Shown piece after piece: positions 14,945-23,670 of a DNA stretch of 32,000 nucleotides. The notes under the pieces are model-generated. The model had not been told where the DNA came from. It did not search any database and saw nothing but the letters and a program-made list of their open reading frames with translations. The first letter of the stretch is position 1, and each line of letters starts with the position of its first letter. The DNA lies in assembly GCA_030614005.1 (NCBI GenBank), contig JAUWKS010000034.1, forward strand, positions 2,532-34,531. The letters run 5' to 3'. A program made the position numbers and the translations under genes. This DNA is from Candidatus Heimdallarchaeota archaeon (lineage in GTDB: Archaea > Asgardarchaeota > Heimdallarchaeia > JABLTI01).

Positions 14945-17900
14945 ATGCTAGGAGCTTGCGTTTTGGAATTAGTTCATTCAGTTTGGAATAAAGATAATTT
15001 CTACATTTGGGTTGAAACATTTGACTCACTTTTCGAAAGAAAAAATTTTCAAACTGAAAAACGAATAATTGCTAATTCAACAAAACTTCCCTCTGCTAGA
15101 AGTATTAACCAAATATTGAAGTTATTACGAATAGCCGGTTTGGAGGATATTTCTAACAGTTCTGTAAAAGCAAGTACAATCGATATTAACCTTCCCAATA
15201 CTAACTGTGAAGTGGAAGCTCTTGCTATTCCCCCTTTTGAGATAATGGATTTCTTATTACAGCCGTTAGAAAATAAAACGGAATATTTCTCTTTAAGTAG
15301 TTCCACAAAATTTTGGTTGGAGCTAGCTAAATTCGTTTTAGAGATTATTGCTAAAGAAAAATTTCTACCTTATATTCATATTGAAAAAAGAAATACTACT
15401 GAAACCATTTTTCTTGGTAAGTGGAAAGCGATATTAGATTTGAAAGTTGAGTCAAAATTAGTGCAATTTTCACAAGAATTAATTGATAATAACTTTGATG
15501 ATTCTCTAGACTTTCTAGCAGCAAGAGATTTAATTCTATCGTTCATCAATACTTTACTCGATTCTTTTATCAGAAATAAGCTTGGTGTCTTTCTTCCGAA
15601 ATACAAGAATAACATTGATATCCAAACTTCTGAAATTGCTCGAGATTGGTTTCAATCTCTTTTTGATTCTGAAAAGGAAGCGATAGTTTATTCCACAAAT
15701 GAATTTGATGTTTTCTTAGGCACGTTAAATGCTTGGTTAAATAATGCTCTTCCACGAAAAAATGCTAACCCTTTTCGATTGTGTTTGAAATTAACTCCAC
15801 CAAGCGAAGATGTGGTTGGTGCAGATGAATCCATTTGGAAACTCGAATACTATCTACAGGCACAGAATGATCCTAGCTTAATCATACCTGCTCAAGATAT
15901 TTGGAATAGTAAAACTGGAACGATAGCTTTTCTCGAGACAAGGTTTGAGAACCCCCAAGAGAGACTACTAATCGATTTAGGTAAAGTCTCGAGGGTCTAT
16001 CCGAAGATTGAGGAAAGCTTACAGAAAGCGTTTCCAGCAGAACTCTTCATTGAAAAGGACGAAGCTTTTGAATTTCTGGAAAATTACTCAAAAATATTGG
16101 AAGACCAAGGTTTTGTTGTGCTATTACCTGCGTGGTGGAAAAATCCTCCTAAAGATGTTGATCTCTTATTAAAGATAAAACCTAGTTGCGAAGGTGCTGC
16201 AAAAACAACAACAGGCATTTTTCGGTTAAACTCTTTCTTGAATTTTGAGTGGGAAATAGCCATAAATGGTACACAACTATCTATTGAAGAATTTGAGAAA
16301 TTAGCTGAACTTCGAGTGCCTTTCGTTAGAATACGTGGTCAATGGATAAAAATGGATCAAGAACGGATTAATCAAATGTTGGATTTAATCAAAAACAAGT
16401 ACAAAAGAAAGACAATCTCCTCTGTTGAAGCTTTACTGCTAGCAATAATGGAAGACTCCGAAGAAGATTCACTATTTGATTTATCAATGGATGAAATACC
16501 TGCATTTCGAAACTTTACTAAGAGAATCGGTGCTTCAAGTAAAATAGAATTACTGCCTACTCCAACGAATTTTCAAGGGGAATTGCGTCCTTATCAAATT
16601 GAAGGCTTTTCATGGATGAATTTTCTCCAAGATTATAGTTTTGGTGTTTGTCTAGCTGATGATATGGGTCTAGGAAAAACAATTCAATTAATTGCTTTAT
16701 TATTACGAACAAAAAATCAAATGACAACGCCATTGAATCCTTCTCTATTAATTTGCCCAACATCTATAATTGGAAACTGGTTACGAGAAATTAACCGATT
16801 CGCTCCTACACTAAATGCATTAATTTATCATGGCCCAGAGAGACCAAACAGCGAAGAATTTGAAGGAATACTCGAGACATATGATATTGTTATTACAACT
16901 TACAATTTAGCACAACGTGATTTTTCAACACTTAATAAAATAGAATGGTATAATATTATTCTTGATGAAGCACAGAACATAAAGAATCCTCATGCAAAAC
17001 AAACACGTGCTATTAAAAAACTAGAAAGCAAGTATAAAATTGCCCTTACTGGGACACCGATTGAAAATCGTCTATCTGAATTATGGTCAATTATTGATTT
17101 CCTTAATCCCGGATATCTCAGCTCTTTGAATGCTTTTAACGAAAATTACATTCAACCAATTGAGAAAAATTTTGACAAAAATAAAATCAAACACCTTTCA
17201 AAAATAATTCAACCGTTTATTCTGAGGCGATTGAAATCTGATAAATCAATAATTAATGATTTACCAGAGAAGATGGAATACAATGTCTTTTGTTCACTTA
17301 CAGAAGAGCAAGCAATTCTTTATGAAGCAGTCATTAAAGATCTCTTTGAACAACTAAATACTGCCCAAGGAATTCAAAGAAAAGGACTAGTATTAGCTAC
17401 GATTACTAAATTGAAGCAAATTTGTAATCATCCCGCACAGTTCATGCACGAAGGATCAAAGAAATTAGACAACAGATCATGCAAATTTGAGCGATTAGAG
17501 GAAATGCTTGAAGAAGTTCTGTCAAATAATGAAAAAGCGTTAATTTTCACCCAGTACAAAGAACTTGGTAAAATGCTGCAGATTTATCTCGAGAACAAAT
17601 TTGGTATAGAACCATTATTTCTATCAGGAGATACTTCACAGAAGAATCGTGAGAAAATGATTCAAGCATTCCAAAACGAAGACAATCTTGAAAGTCCAAA
17701 ATTGTTTATTTTATCAATCAAAGCAGGAGGAGTTGGTTTAAACTTAACAAGTGCAAATCACGTTTTTCATATAGATCGATGGTGGAATCCAGCAGTTGAA
17801 AATCAGGCAACAGATAGAGTATTTAGAATTGGTCAAAAGAAGAACGTAATGGTTCACAAATTTGTTTGTATAGGTACACTAGAAGAAAGCATTGACCATT

Positions 17901-18016
17901 TGATCAAGCAGAAAATTGGTCTAGCAAATGCGGTTATTTCTTCCGGAGGGTCATTTATGACTGAGCTATCCTTAGACGACCTAAGGAATGTTCTAAGTTT
18001 AAGAACAATACATTGA
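14945..18016 (+). CDS. SNF2/SWI2-family helicase-like ATPase (long N-terminal region, SNF2_N, Helicase_C)
   Basis: LRPYQIEG, LADDMGLGKT (Walker A), ILDEAQNIKN (Walker B), ALTGTPIENRLSELWS, LIFTQY, SIKAGGVGLNLTSAN, DRWWNPAVENQATDRVFRIGQ. Confidence 0.95.
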   Translation: MLGACVLELVHSVWNKDNFYIWVETFDSLFERKNFQTEKRIIANSTKLPSARSINQILKLLRIAGLEDISNSSVKASTIDINLPNTNCEVEALAIPPFEIMDFLLQPLENKTEYFSLSSSTKFWLELAKFVLEIIAKEKFLPYIHIEKRNTTETIFLGKWKAILDLKVESKLVQFSQELIDNNFDDSLDFLAARDLILSFINTLLDSFIRNKLGVFLPKYKNNIDIQTSEIARDWFQSLFDSEKEAIVYSTNEFDVFLGTLNAWLNNALPRKNANPFRLCLKLTPPSEDVVGADESIWKLEYYLQAQNDPSLIIPAQDIWNSKTGTIAFLETRFENPQERLLIDLGKVSRVYPKIEESLQKAFPAELFIEKDEAFEFLENYSKILEDQGFVVLLPAWWKNPPKDVDLLLKIKPSCEGAAKTTTGIFRLNSFLNFEWEIAINGTQLSIEEFEKLAELRVPFVRIRGQWIKMDQERINQMLDLIKNKYKRKTISSVEALLLAIMEDSEEDSLFDLSMDEIPAFRNFTKRIGASSKIELLPTPTNFQGELRPYQIEGFSWMNFLQDYSFGVCLADDMGLGKTIQLIALLLRTKNQMTTPLNPSLLICPTSIIGNWLREINRFAPTLNALIYHGPERPNSEEFEGILETYDIVITTYNLAQRDFSTLNKIEWYNIILDEAQNIKNPHAKQTRAIKKLESKYKIALTGTPIENRLSELWSIIDFLNPGYLSSLNAFNENYIQPIEKNFDKNKIKHLSKIIQPFILRRLKSDKSIINDLPEKMEYNVFCSLTEEQAILYEAVIKDLFEQLNTAQGIQRKGLVLATITKLKQICNHPAQFMHEGSKKLDNRSCKFERLEEMLEEVLSNNEKALIFTQYKELGKMLQIYLENKFGIEPLFLSGDTSQKNREKMIQAFQNEDNLESPKLFILSIKAGGVGLNLTSANHVFHIDRWWNPAVENQATDRVFRIGQKKNVMVHKFVCIGTLEESIDHLIKQKIGLANAVISSGGSFMTELSLDDLRNVLSLRTIH

Positions 18017-18028
18017 GGTGATTACTGA

Positions 18029-18937
18029 TTGCAAGAAGACGATAAAAGAGTTCAACGATTTCTAACCAAGACAAGGCAAGTAAAAGATGGTCTCACACTT
18101 AACACAGTAGAAGAAAATCGAAATTGGTGGACAGAGCAATGGATAGAATTGATCGAAAAATTGGAGTCAGGAAATAGATTAGCCCAAGGAAAAAATGTTG
18201 CTAAGAATGGTCAAGTGATTTACATCAAAGTTCAGAAAGGGTTCATTATAGCAAAAGTTCAAGGTGAGCGCCTAAAACCCTATCAAATTCGTATAGAAGT
18301 AAATAACCTCTCAGAAGAGATTTGGGGAGATATTCTTGCTGAAATTGCTTCAAATGCCTATCTAGTTGCAAAATTATTTGCTAATAAATTACCAGAACAG
18401 ATTAATGAGATATTTACGAAAAGGAATACTTCACTGATTCCGTTTATGGAGCAAGATTTACGAGCAGGATGCACTTGTGCGGATTGGGCAAATCCTTGTA
18501 AACATTCTGCTGCTGTTTTACTCATTTTAGCTGATATGTTAGATGAAGATCCATTTTTATTGTTTAAATTGCGTGGAAAAACCAAAGAAGAGCTATTTGA
18601 AATATTCCGTGTAAAGCGTAACAATCTAGCGAACGAAAAATCCACTATTACTCGTGTTGGTGTCCGAATCCTTTCAGATAGTTATGATAAAGAGATTGGT
18701 TTAACTGAAAACTCATTATTAGATAATCTTGTTAGTGAGCTATATTCATACGAAAGAAATAACTATGAAGCAAGCACCAAACTAGAAGATGCAACAACCT
18801 CTGCAAATATTTGGTCAGAAATAGAGGACTCCCCATTTATTATCAATGGTGAAAATCTTAAGAGGTTGCTTGAAAATAGTTATCAAGTAGCAAAAAACAT
18901 TGCTCGAAAAAATATTCCAATCCATAGTAAATTTTGA
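18029..18937 (+). CDS. SWIM zinc-finger protein (SNF2-associated)
   Basis: GCTCADWANPCKH (CxC...CxH), DEDPFLLFKLRG; starts 12 nt after the SNF2 stop. Confidence 0.9.
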   Translation: MQEDDKRVQRFLTKTRQVKDGLTLNTVEENRNWWTEQWIELIEKLESGNRLAQGKNVAKNGQVIYIKVQKGFIIAKVQGERLKPYQIRIEVNNLSEEIWGDILAEIASNAYLVAKLFANKLPEQINEIFTKRNTSLIPFMEQDLRAGCTCADWANPCKHSAAVLLILADMLDEDPFLLFKLRGKTKEELFEIFRVKRNNLANEKSTITRVGVRILSDSYDKEIGLTENSLLDNLVSELYSYERNNYEASTKLEDATTSANIWSEIEDSPFIINGENLKRLLENSYQVAKNIARKNIPIHSKF

Positions 18938-18947
18938 AGAGGTTTTT

Positions 18948-19175
18948 TTATTTTAGCAATTTGATAAAATCTTCTAGAGAGAGTTCGGCATATAAAAGAA
19001 TCATATTTAAAGTACCCTTTTTCAATTGCTTAAGTAATGGGACGGTAACTTTCAGAACTCTTTCTTCAGAATGTTTTTCTAATCTTACATGACTTCCTTT
19101 CTGTCGTACTGCTTTAAAACCTACTTTAGTTAGAGCTTTTATTACTTCTTTTCCAGAAACAACAGGTTGTTTCTT
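18948..19175 (-). pseudogene. hicA: HicA-family toxin reading frame without a start codon (75 codons)
   Basis: Absent from the ORF track. Translates as KKQPVVSGKEVIKALTKVGFKAVRQKGSHVRLEKHSEERVLKVTVPLLKQLKKGTLNMILLYAELSLEDFIKLLK*. An in-frame TAG (19176-19178) sits where the start is expected; lies immediately downstream of hicB. Confidence 0.85.
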
Positions 19176-19185
19176 CTAATTTCCC

Positions 19186-19398
19186 CTAGATAGATATCTC
19201 TACTACTTCTGCTTTCTTTCCTTGTAGTTGCTCTTCTATCTCGGCATCATTTATATCTAGGTAAACTTCAATTGCTTCTTTTATATTCTCTAAAGTTTCC
19301 TCTTTTGATTCTCCTTGAGATATACAACCTTGAAGTGAAGGTACGTATACTACGTATCCTCCTTCCTCTGCTTTCTCTAAAACAACCTTGAAAAGCAT
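19186..19398 (-). CDS. hicB: HicB-family antitoxin (short form, no DNA-binding domain)
   Basis: FKVVLEKAEEGGYVVYVPSLQGCISQGESKEETLENIKEAI is the HicB partial RNase H fold pattern; adjacent hicA frame. Confidence 0.9.
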   Translation of the reverse strand: MLFKVVLEKAEEGGYVVYVPSLQGCISQGESKEETLENIKEAIEVYLDINDAEIEEQLQGKKAEVVEISI

Positions 19399-19596
19399 AA
19401 TATATTATTTCCTTTTATTTTTCAAATACCTTTCTATTATTATTCCATTTTCAGACCACATTTCCTAGGTATTTGTTCAACCTCATGAAATTTTTAGCAT
19501 GTGCGAGTTTGGTATTGTGTTTTTCTGAATAAAGTTTAATATTAAAACCAATATATCTAGTACTATCAAATCACTAATCAGATTTAGTTATTTAAC

Positions 19597-19634
19597 GAAA
19601 AGAAAAAATTCGGATGAAACTTATCGTTTCACCC
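19597..19634 (-). terminator. Hairpin plus T-tract terminator of the 19657-21246 gene
   Basis: Minus strand GGGTGAAAC-GATAA-GTTTCATCC followed by GAATTTTTTCTTTTC. Confidence 0.5.
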
Positions 19635-19656
19635 ATTATTAGATAAGAATAGAAAA

Positions 19657-21246
19657 TTATGCTTTCTTCTTCTTAATTATAACAATTATAATAGTAGCGA
19701 TAATACTTGTTCCTATAATACCGATTCCAAGAAAAACCAAATCTTCATAGAGAGGTTCTAATCCTGGGAACAAACCTTCTGAAGGTGTTGTAATATTCGT
19801 GGGAGTAGGTGTTGGAGTAGGAGTTGGTTCAGGTTCAACATCTTTTTCAATGGGGACTATCTCGTAATAATGAGCTTCTCCTGCATAATATGATGCTAAA
19901 ATAATATAATCCCCAGTAAATGTTAAGCCTGCTTCTAATCCATTAACAGGTGCTACAAGGTCAATCGTTGAATTACCGATTTCTTCTTTTACCGGATCAA
20001 AATATTTTATCTTATCTTCAGCTCTTGAAACTGCCCAGATTATGTTTTGATTACTATCAAAGGTTATTCCATGGAAGTATTCGAGCGGGTATTCAGCAAC
20101 TATCGTCATATCGTATGGATTTAATTTATACAAGATACTATCGTGACCCATTGCCCAGACGTATACTCCATCAAAGGCAAGAGAGACAATCATAACATCT
20201 AATGCTGTATGATTAACTAAGAGTATTCCTGCTGTTGAATATGTAAATAAATTGTAGGGCGCTTCCTCTTGAGCTATCAATAATGTATTTTCATCTAAAG
20301 CTGTTATTCCTGCTGGCTGAAATGGAACAGACCAAACACCGCTGTAGATATTTGCTCTATTATATCTATAGATTTGTGAAGAATAATTTGCTGTAATGAA
20401 ATTATATTCATCAGTATATGTTATATCCAAGTTGGATATTGATGATATTTCTTGTCTAAGAAAAACTTCACCTGGGTCTGAATTTAATTCTGTTATGGCA
20501 ACTCGTAGTTCTGTAATGTAATCACTTTCAAACATATGTGTACCATTATTAGCAATTCCAGAATCGTGATGGAATGGACTAGCATACCCATCTGAATATA
20601 ATCCAGTTAAAGGATTAAAGGCTATAACTCGATCAATACCGTAAGAGACACCCCAGATTTGATTATCAAACCAAGTAATACCATGTAATACATTCGTGAT
20701 AGAGATATTTGCTGAAACATCACCTGTATTTGGATTTATTCGAAGAAGACTCATTGAGGCTGTTTCATACCCCCAAAGATTTGTACCATCCCACGCTAAT
20801 CCTCCAATATGTTCATCGAAAACATTTACATGTATTCTTGAGATCTCAGTTCCGGATGTATCCATTTTAACTATGGTGCCATTTTTATTGCCAAATGCGA
20901 AATAAGAAAGATACAAATCAGTGCCATCTGTAGCAATACCTGTTGAAATGAAAGATATTGAGATATTTGCTGTGCTAGCTCCTGTAACAACATCATAAGC
21001 ATAGAGATTGCTTGTTGTGCCATCCACACCATAGATGGATCCATCTAAGTAATCAAATGAATAGAATCCTATATGAGTGTTAAATGAAGCATCTTCTGAA
21101 CCTAACATAGTCGTAGGTGTAAAAGCCAAATCATCAAATCCTCCATTTGTATTAGCAATAACATTTCCAAGGTTATTGTTACTAAACAGCAAACATGGGA
21201 TAATGAAAGCTACCAAAAACAGAGTTATTTTTCTTTTAATCATCAT
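19657..21246 (-). CDS. Cell-surface protein with two predicted beta-propeller regions (glutamine-cyclotransferase/YncE-like blades), Pro-Thr linker and C-terminal membrane anchor
   Basis: Signal peptide; repeated G-L-[AT]-[WF]-D-G-x-x-[LI]-W blades; EPEPTPTPTPTPT; C-terminal TM followed by KKKKA. Confidence 0.8.
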   Translation of the reverse strand: MMIKRKITLFLVAFIIPCLLFSNNNLGNVIANTNGGFDDLAFTPTTMLGSEDASFNTHIGFYSFDYLDGSIYGVDGTTSNLYAYDVVTGASTANISISFISTGIATDGTDLYLSYFAFGNKNGTIVKMDTSGTEISRIHVNVFDEHIGGLAWDGTNLWGYETASMSLLRINPNTGDVSANISITNVLHGITWFDNQIWGVSYGIDRVIAFNPLTGLYSDGYASPFHHDSGIANNGTHMFESDYITELRVAITELNSDPGEVFLRQEISSISNLDITYTDEYNFITANYSSQIYRYNRANIYSGVWSVPFQPAGITALDENTLLIAQEEAPYNLFTYSTAGILLVNHTALDVMIVSLAFDGVYVWAMGHDSILYKLNPYDMTIVAEYPLEYFHGITFDSNQNIIWAVSRAEDKIKYFDPVKEEIGNSTIDLVAPVNGLEAGLTFTGDYIILASYYAGEAHYYEIVPIEKDVEPEPTPTPTPTPTNITTPSEGLFPGLEPLYEDLVFLGIGIIGTSIIATIIIVIIKKKKA

Positions 21247-21547
21247 CTTTAATCACAATATTCTGATAATGGTTGAGACTCTATTAATAGATAACGGTCT
21301 AAACAAAAATTTGAGCTCCATTATCTTTTAGAATTTTTTTTCGACAAAATAATACTAACGCTTTGTGAATTACTTTGATTTGAGTGATATTACCGTACAT
21401 TACATGGTCTGCATAATTTTGCGATATTAATATGAGCAAAAGAAAGAAAATTAATAGACAGTAAATTGAGTAATGTTAGCCATTTATGGATGGCTAGCAT
21501 AAAATATCTATTGGCAATAAAATTGAAGCAATATCGTGGTGTAGTTT

Positions 21548-22315
21548 ATGCCCCAACCTCAATGTGAACAATTTCAGTCTATAGTGAAACAAGTTGATTC
21601 TGATCCAAATGCTATTGGTCTATTTTTAAGTGGTTCGAGGGGCAAAGAATTACACAAAGAATACTCAGATTATGATTTCAGTATAATTCTAATGGATAAT
21701 ACTCCACTAGAAGTAAAAACAAAATTTGAAAAGTTCGATGAACTTGATGGTTTTGATTGTGGAGTATTTACATTATCTGAATTAAAGGAATATGCAGAAT
21801 TAGGAACAGAATGTGAATGGGACCGGTATAGCTTTGCTCATGTAAAAGCAACTATTGATAAAACAGATGGTGAACTTCAAAGGATAATAGATGAAAAGGG
21901 GAAAATACCAAAAAAGCATTTGCAGAAATATATTTCAGGTTACCTCGATGGGTACATAAATGCTGTATATCGTTCAATGAAATGCCTAAGAGATAATTAT
22001 AATTTTGGTTTTCGTTTAGAAGCAGCAAGTTCTATTAGACTTTTTTTTATTTGTGCATTTGCTGTACACGATAGACGATTAACTCCATACCCAAAGTATA
22101 TCAAATTTGAGTTGGAAAAATTACCATTAACAAAATTCCCATGGACAGCTAAAGAATTAATAGATAAAATACAAAAAATCCTTGAAACAGGTGATTATAA
22201 AATACAGCAAGAATTACTAATAGAAATGGAAAAAATAATGAGAAAAGAAGGATTTGGTGCTGTATTCGACTCCTGGGAAGGACAAGATAAATGGACTATG
22301 ACTTTTAAGTCATAA
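21548..22315 (+). CDS. Pol-beta-superfamily nucleotidyltransferase with a C-terminal helical domain
   Basis: GLFLSGSRGK...SDYDF (GS plus DxD motif). Confidence 0.8.
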   Translation: MPQPQCEQFQSIVKQVDSDPNAIGLFLSGSRGKELHKEYSDYDFSIILMDNTPLEVKTKFEKFDELDGFDCGVFTLSELKEYAELGTECEWDRYSFAHVKATIDKTDGELQRIIDEKGKIPKKHLQKYISGYLDGYINAVYRSMKCLRDNYNFGFRLEAASSIRLFFICAFAVHDRRLTPYPKYIKFELEKLPLTKFPWTAKELIDKIQKILETGDYKIQQELLIEMEKIMRKEGFGAVFDSWEGQDKWTMTFKS

Positions 22316-22520
22316 TTCCATTTCAGTAATTATTCTCAATTAGTCAGTTCTTTTATCATTCCTCAGTAATTGGTGCACCACAATAAGGACAAGAAACTAA
22401 ACTCTCTGGTGGTAGTTTAACTCTACAGAAAGGACATTTATCCTTCTTTCTTCTAATTTTTGGAAGTGATTCTCCAGTTTCAAGGGCTTTTACAGCAATA
22501 GTTTTCTGTTTTTTAATAAC
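22298..22520 (-). pseudogene. Diverged second copy of the 3' end of the zinc-ribbon membrane-protein gene plus its downstream intergenic region
   Basis: Ungapped match to 26579-26801 with 29 mismatches in 223 nt (87%). Encodes KKQKTIAVKALETGESLPKIRRKKDKCPFCRVKLPPESLVSCPYCGAPITEE. The 5' part of the gene is missing. Confidence 0.9.
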
Positions 22521-22530
22521 ATGAGCAGCA

Positions 22531-22644
22531 ATAGAAGACTCTCCATATATAATCAATGGTGAAAATCTTAAAAGGGTGCTTGAAAATAGTAATCAAGTAG
22601 CAAAAAATATTGCTCGAAAAAATATTTCAACAATACAAGATTAA
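22531..22644 (+). pseudogene. Diverged second copy of the 3' end of the SWIM gene
   Basis: 22531-22630 matches 18821-18920 with 9 mismatches in 100 nt. Reads IEDSPYIINGENLKRVLENSNQVAKNIARKNISTIQD* versus IEDSPFIINGENLKRLLENSYQVAKNIARKNIPIHSKF*. Confidence 0.9.
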
Positions 22645-22655
22645 GCTGATGAATA

Positions 22656-23555
22656 ATGGAATTTGGAGTTCATGATGAAATAGGGAAATTACGTTCTGTT
22701 TTAATGCATCGACCTGGTGAGGAAATTAAGAAAGTTACAAAGGAAACTCTACAACAATATCATTTTAGAGCTGTTCCGAACCTAACTAAAATGCAAGCTG
22801 AATTTGATGATTTTACAACCATATTAAAAAACAATAACGTCAAAGTTGTTCTTTTAGAATCACTTACGGAAAAAACTCATTCACCTAATCTCTATTTCAC
22901 TCGAGACATTGCTTCTATTACTGAAAAAGGTCTTGTTGTTATGAATATGGCTGTAGAAGCTAGAAAAGGAGAACCCAAGATAATCAAAGAGGCTCTGAAG
23001 AAAGAAATCCCAGTTCATGTTGAAATTAAGAAACCGGGATTATTGGAAGGAGGAGATTTAGTTTTTATTGATGATGATACAATTGGTATCGGTTTTGGTC
23101 CTCGGTCTAACACTCAAGGAATAAAGAAATTAATCGGTAAATTCAAGAAAACTTCCATAAAGGAATTTGTGCTTATACCACTTCCTTCATTTCGTGTTCA
23201 TCTAGATGGAGCGTTTATGTTTGTAGGTCACCATTTAACTATTATTCATGAACCTTCAATCAGTCATCAACGTGCTCAAATAATTATCGGGAATACAAGT
23301 AGAAAGGAACCTTTCTTAGATTATCTGCGTTGGAAAGGCATCAGAACAATTACAGTATCAGATGAGGAAACAAAGAATTTTTCTCCAAATGTTTTCTCAA
23401 TAGGTGCTGGCAAAGTCATTTCCTACGAGTTGAATACTAGAGTAATCAAAGAGTTAGAGAAAAGAGGTTTAGATGTTATACCAATTAAAGGTAAAGAACT
23501 AGTAAAGGGTGGTGGCGGTCCACATTGTATGACGTGCCCGATTTTACGTGATTAG
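22656..23555 (+). CDS. Amidinotransferase/arginine-deiminase (ADI/DDAH) superfamily hydrolase
   Basis: EIGKLRSVLMHRPG, YFTRD, LEGGD, HLD, GGGGPHCMTCPI (catalytic Cys). At 299 aa it is DDAH-sized or a compact ADI; substrate not determined. Confidence 0.88.
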   Translation: MEFGVHDEIGKLRSVLMHRPGEEIKKVTKETLQQYHFRAVPNLTKMQAEFDDFTTILKNNNVKVVLLESLTEKTHSPNLYFTRDIASITEKGLVVMNMAVEARKGEPKIIKEALKKEIPVHVEIKKPGLLEGGDLVFIDDDTIGIGFGPRSNTQGIKKLIGKFKKTSIKEFVLIPLPSFRVHLDGAFMFVGHHLTIIHEPSISHQRAQIIIGNTSRKEPFLDYLRWKGIRTITVSDEETKNFSPNVFSIGAGKVISYELNTRVIKELEKRGLDVIPIKGKELVKGGGGPHCMTCPILRD

Positions 23556-23670
23556 GATGTAGCGAGAGATTAATTCACTGAATGATTAAACTATGGCTGA
23601 AACTATACTTGAAATATTTTAATCCATAATAAAAAAAAGAAAGAATAAGACGGTTGCTAAACGTCTCTGT

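Noticed and set aside
19176-19188. Pyrrolysine/stop read-through fusing hicB to hicA
   Set aside because: The two TAG codons are 10 nt apart, so the frames differ; no pyl genes are in the window.
19450-19535. Short minus-strand open stretch (YSEKHNTKLAHAKNFMRLNKYLGNVV*) as a gene remnant
   Set aside because: No recognisable similarity; length expected by chance.
21473-21500. Hairpin ATGTTAGCCAT-TTATGG-ATGGCTAGCAT upstream of the nucleotidyltransferase
   Set aside because: Single occurrence, no U-tract or second copy; cannot be told apart from a chance or operator palindrome.
22356-22556. 66-aa minus-strand ORF as an intact zinc-ribbon gene
   Set aside because: Chimeric frame: its first residues are antisense to the SWIM fragment and the remainder is the truncated zinc-ribbon copy. 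A neo-gene cannot be excluded but has no support.
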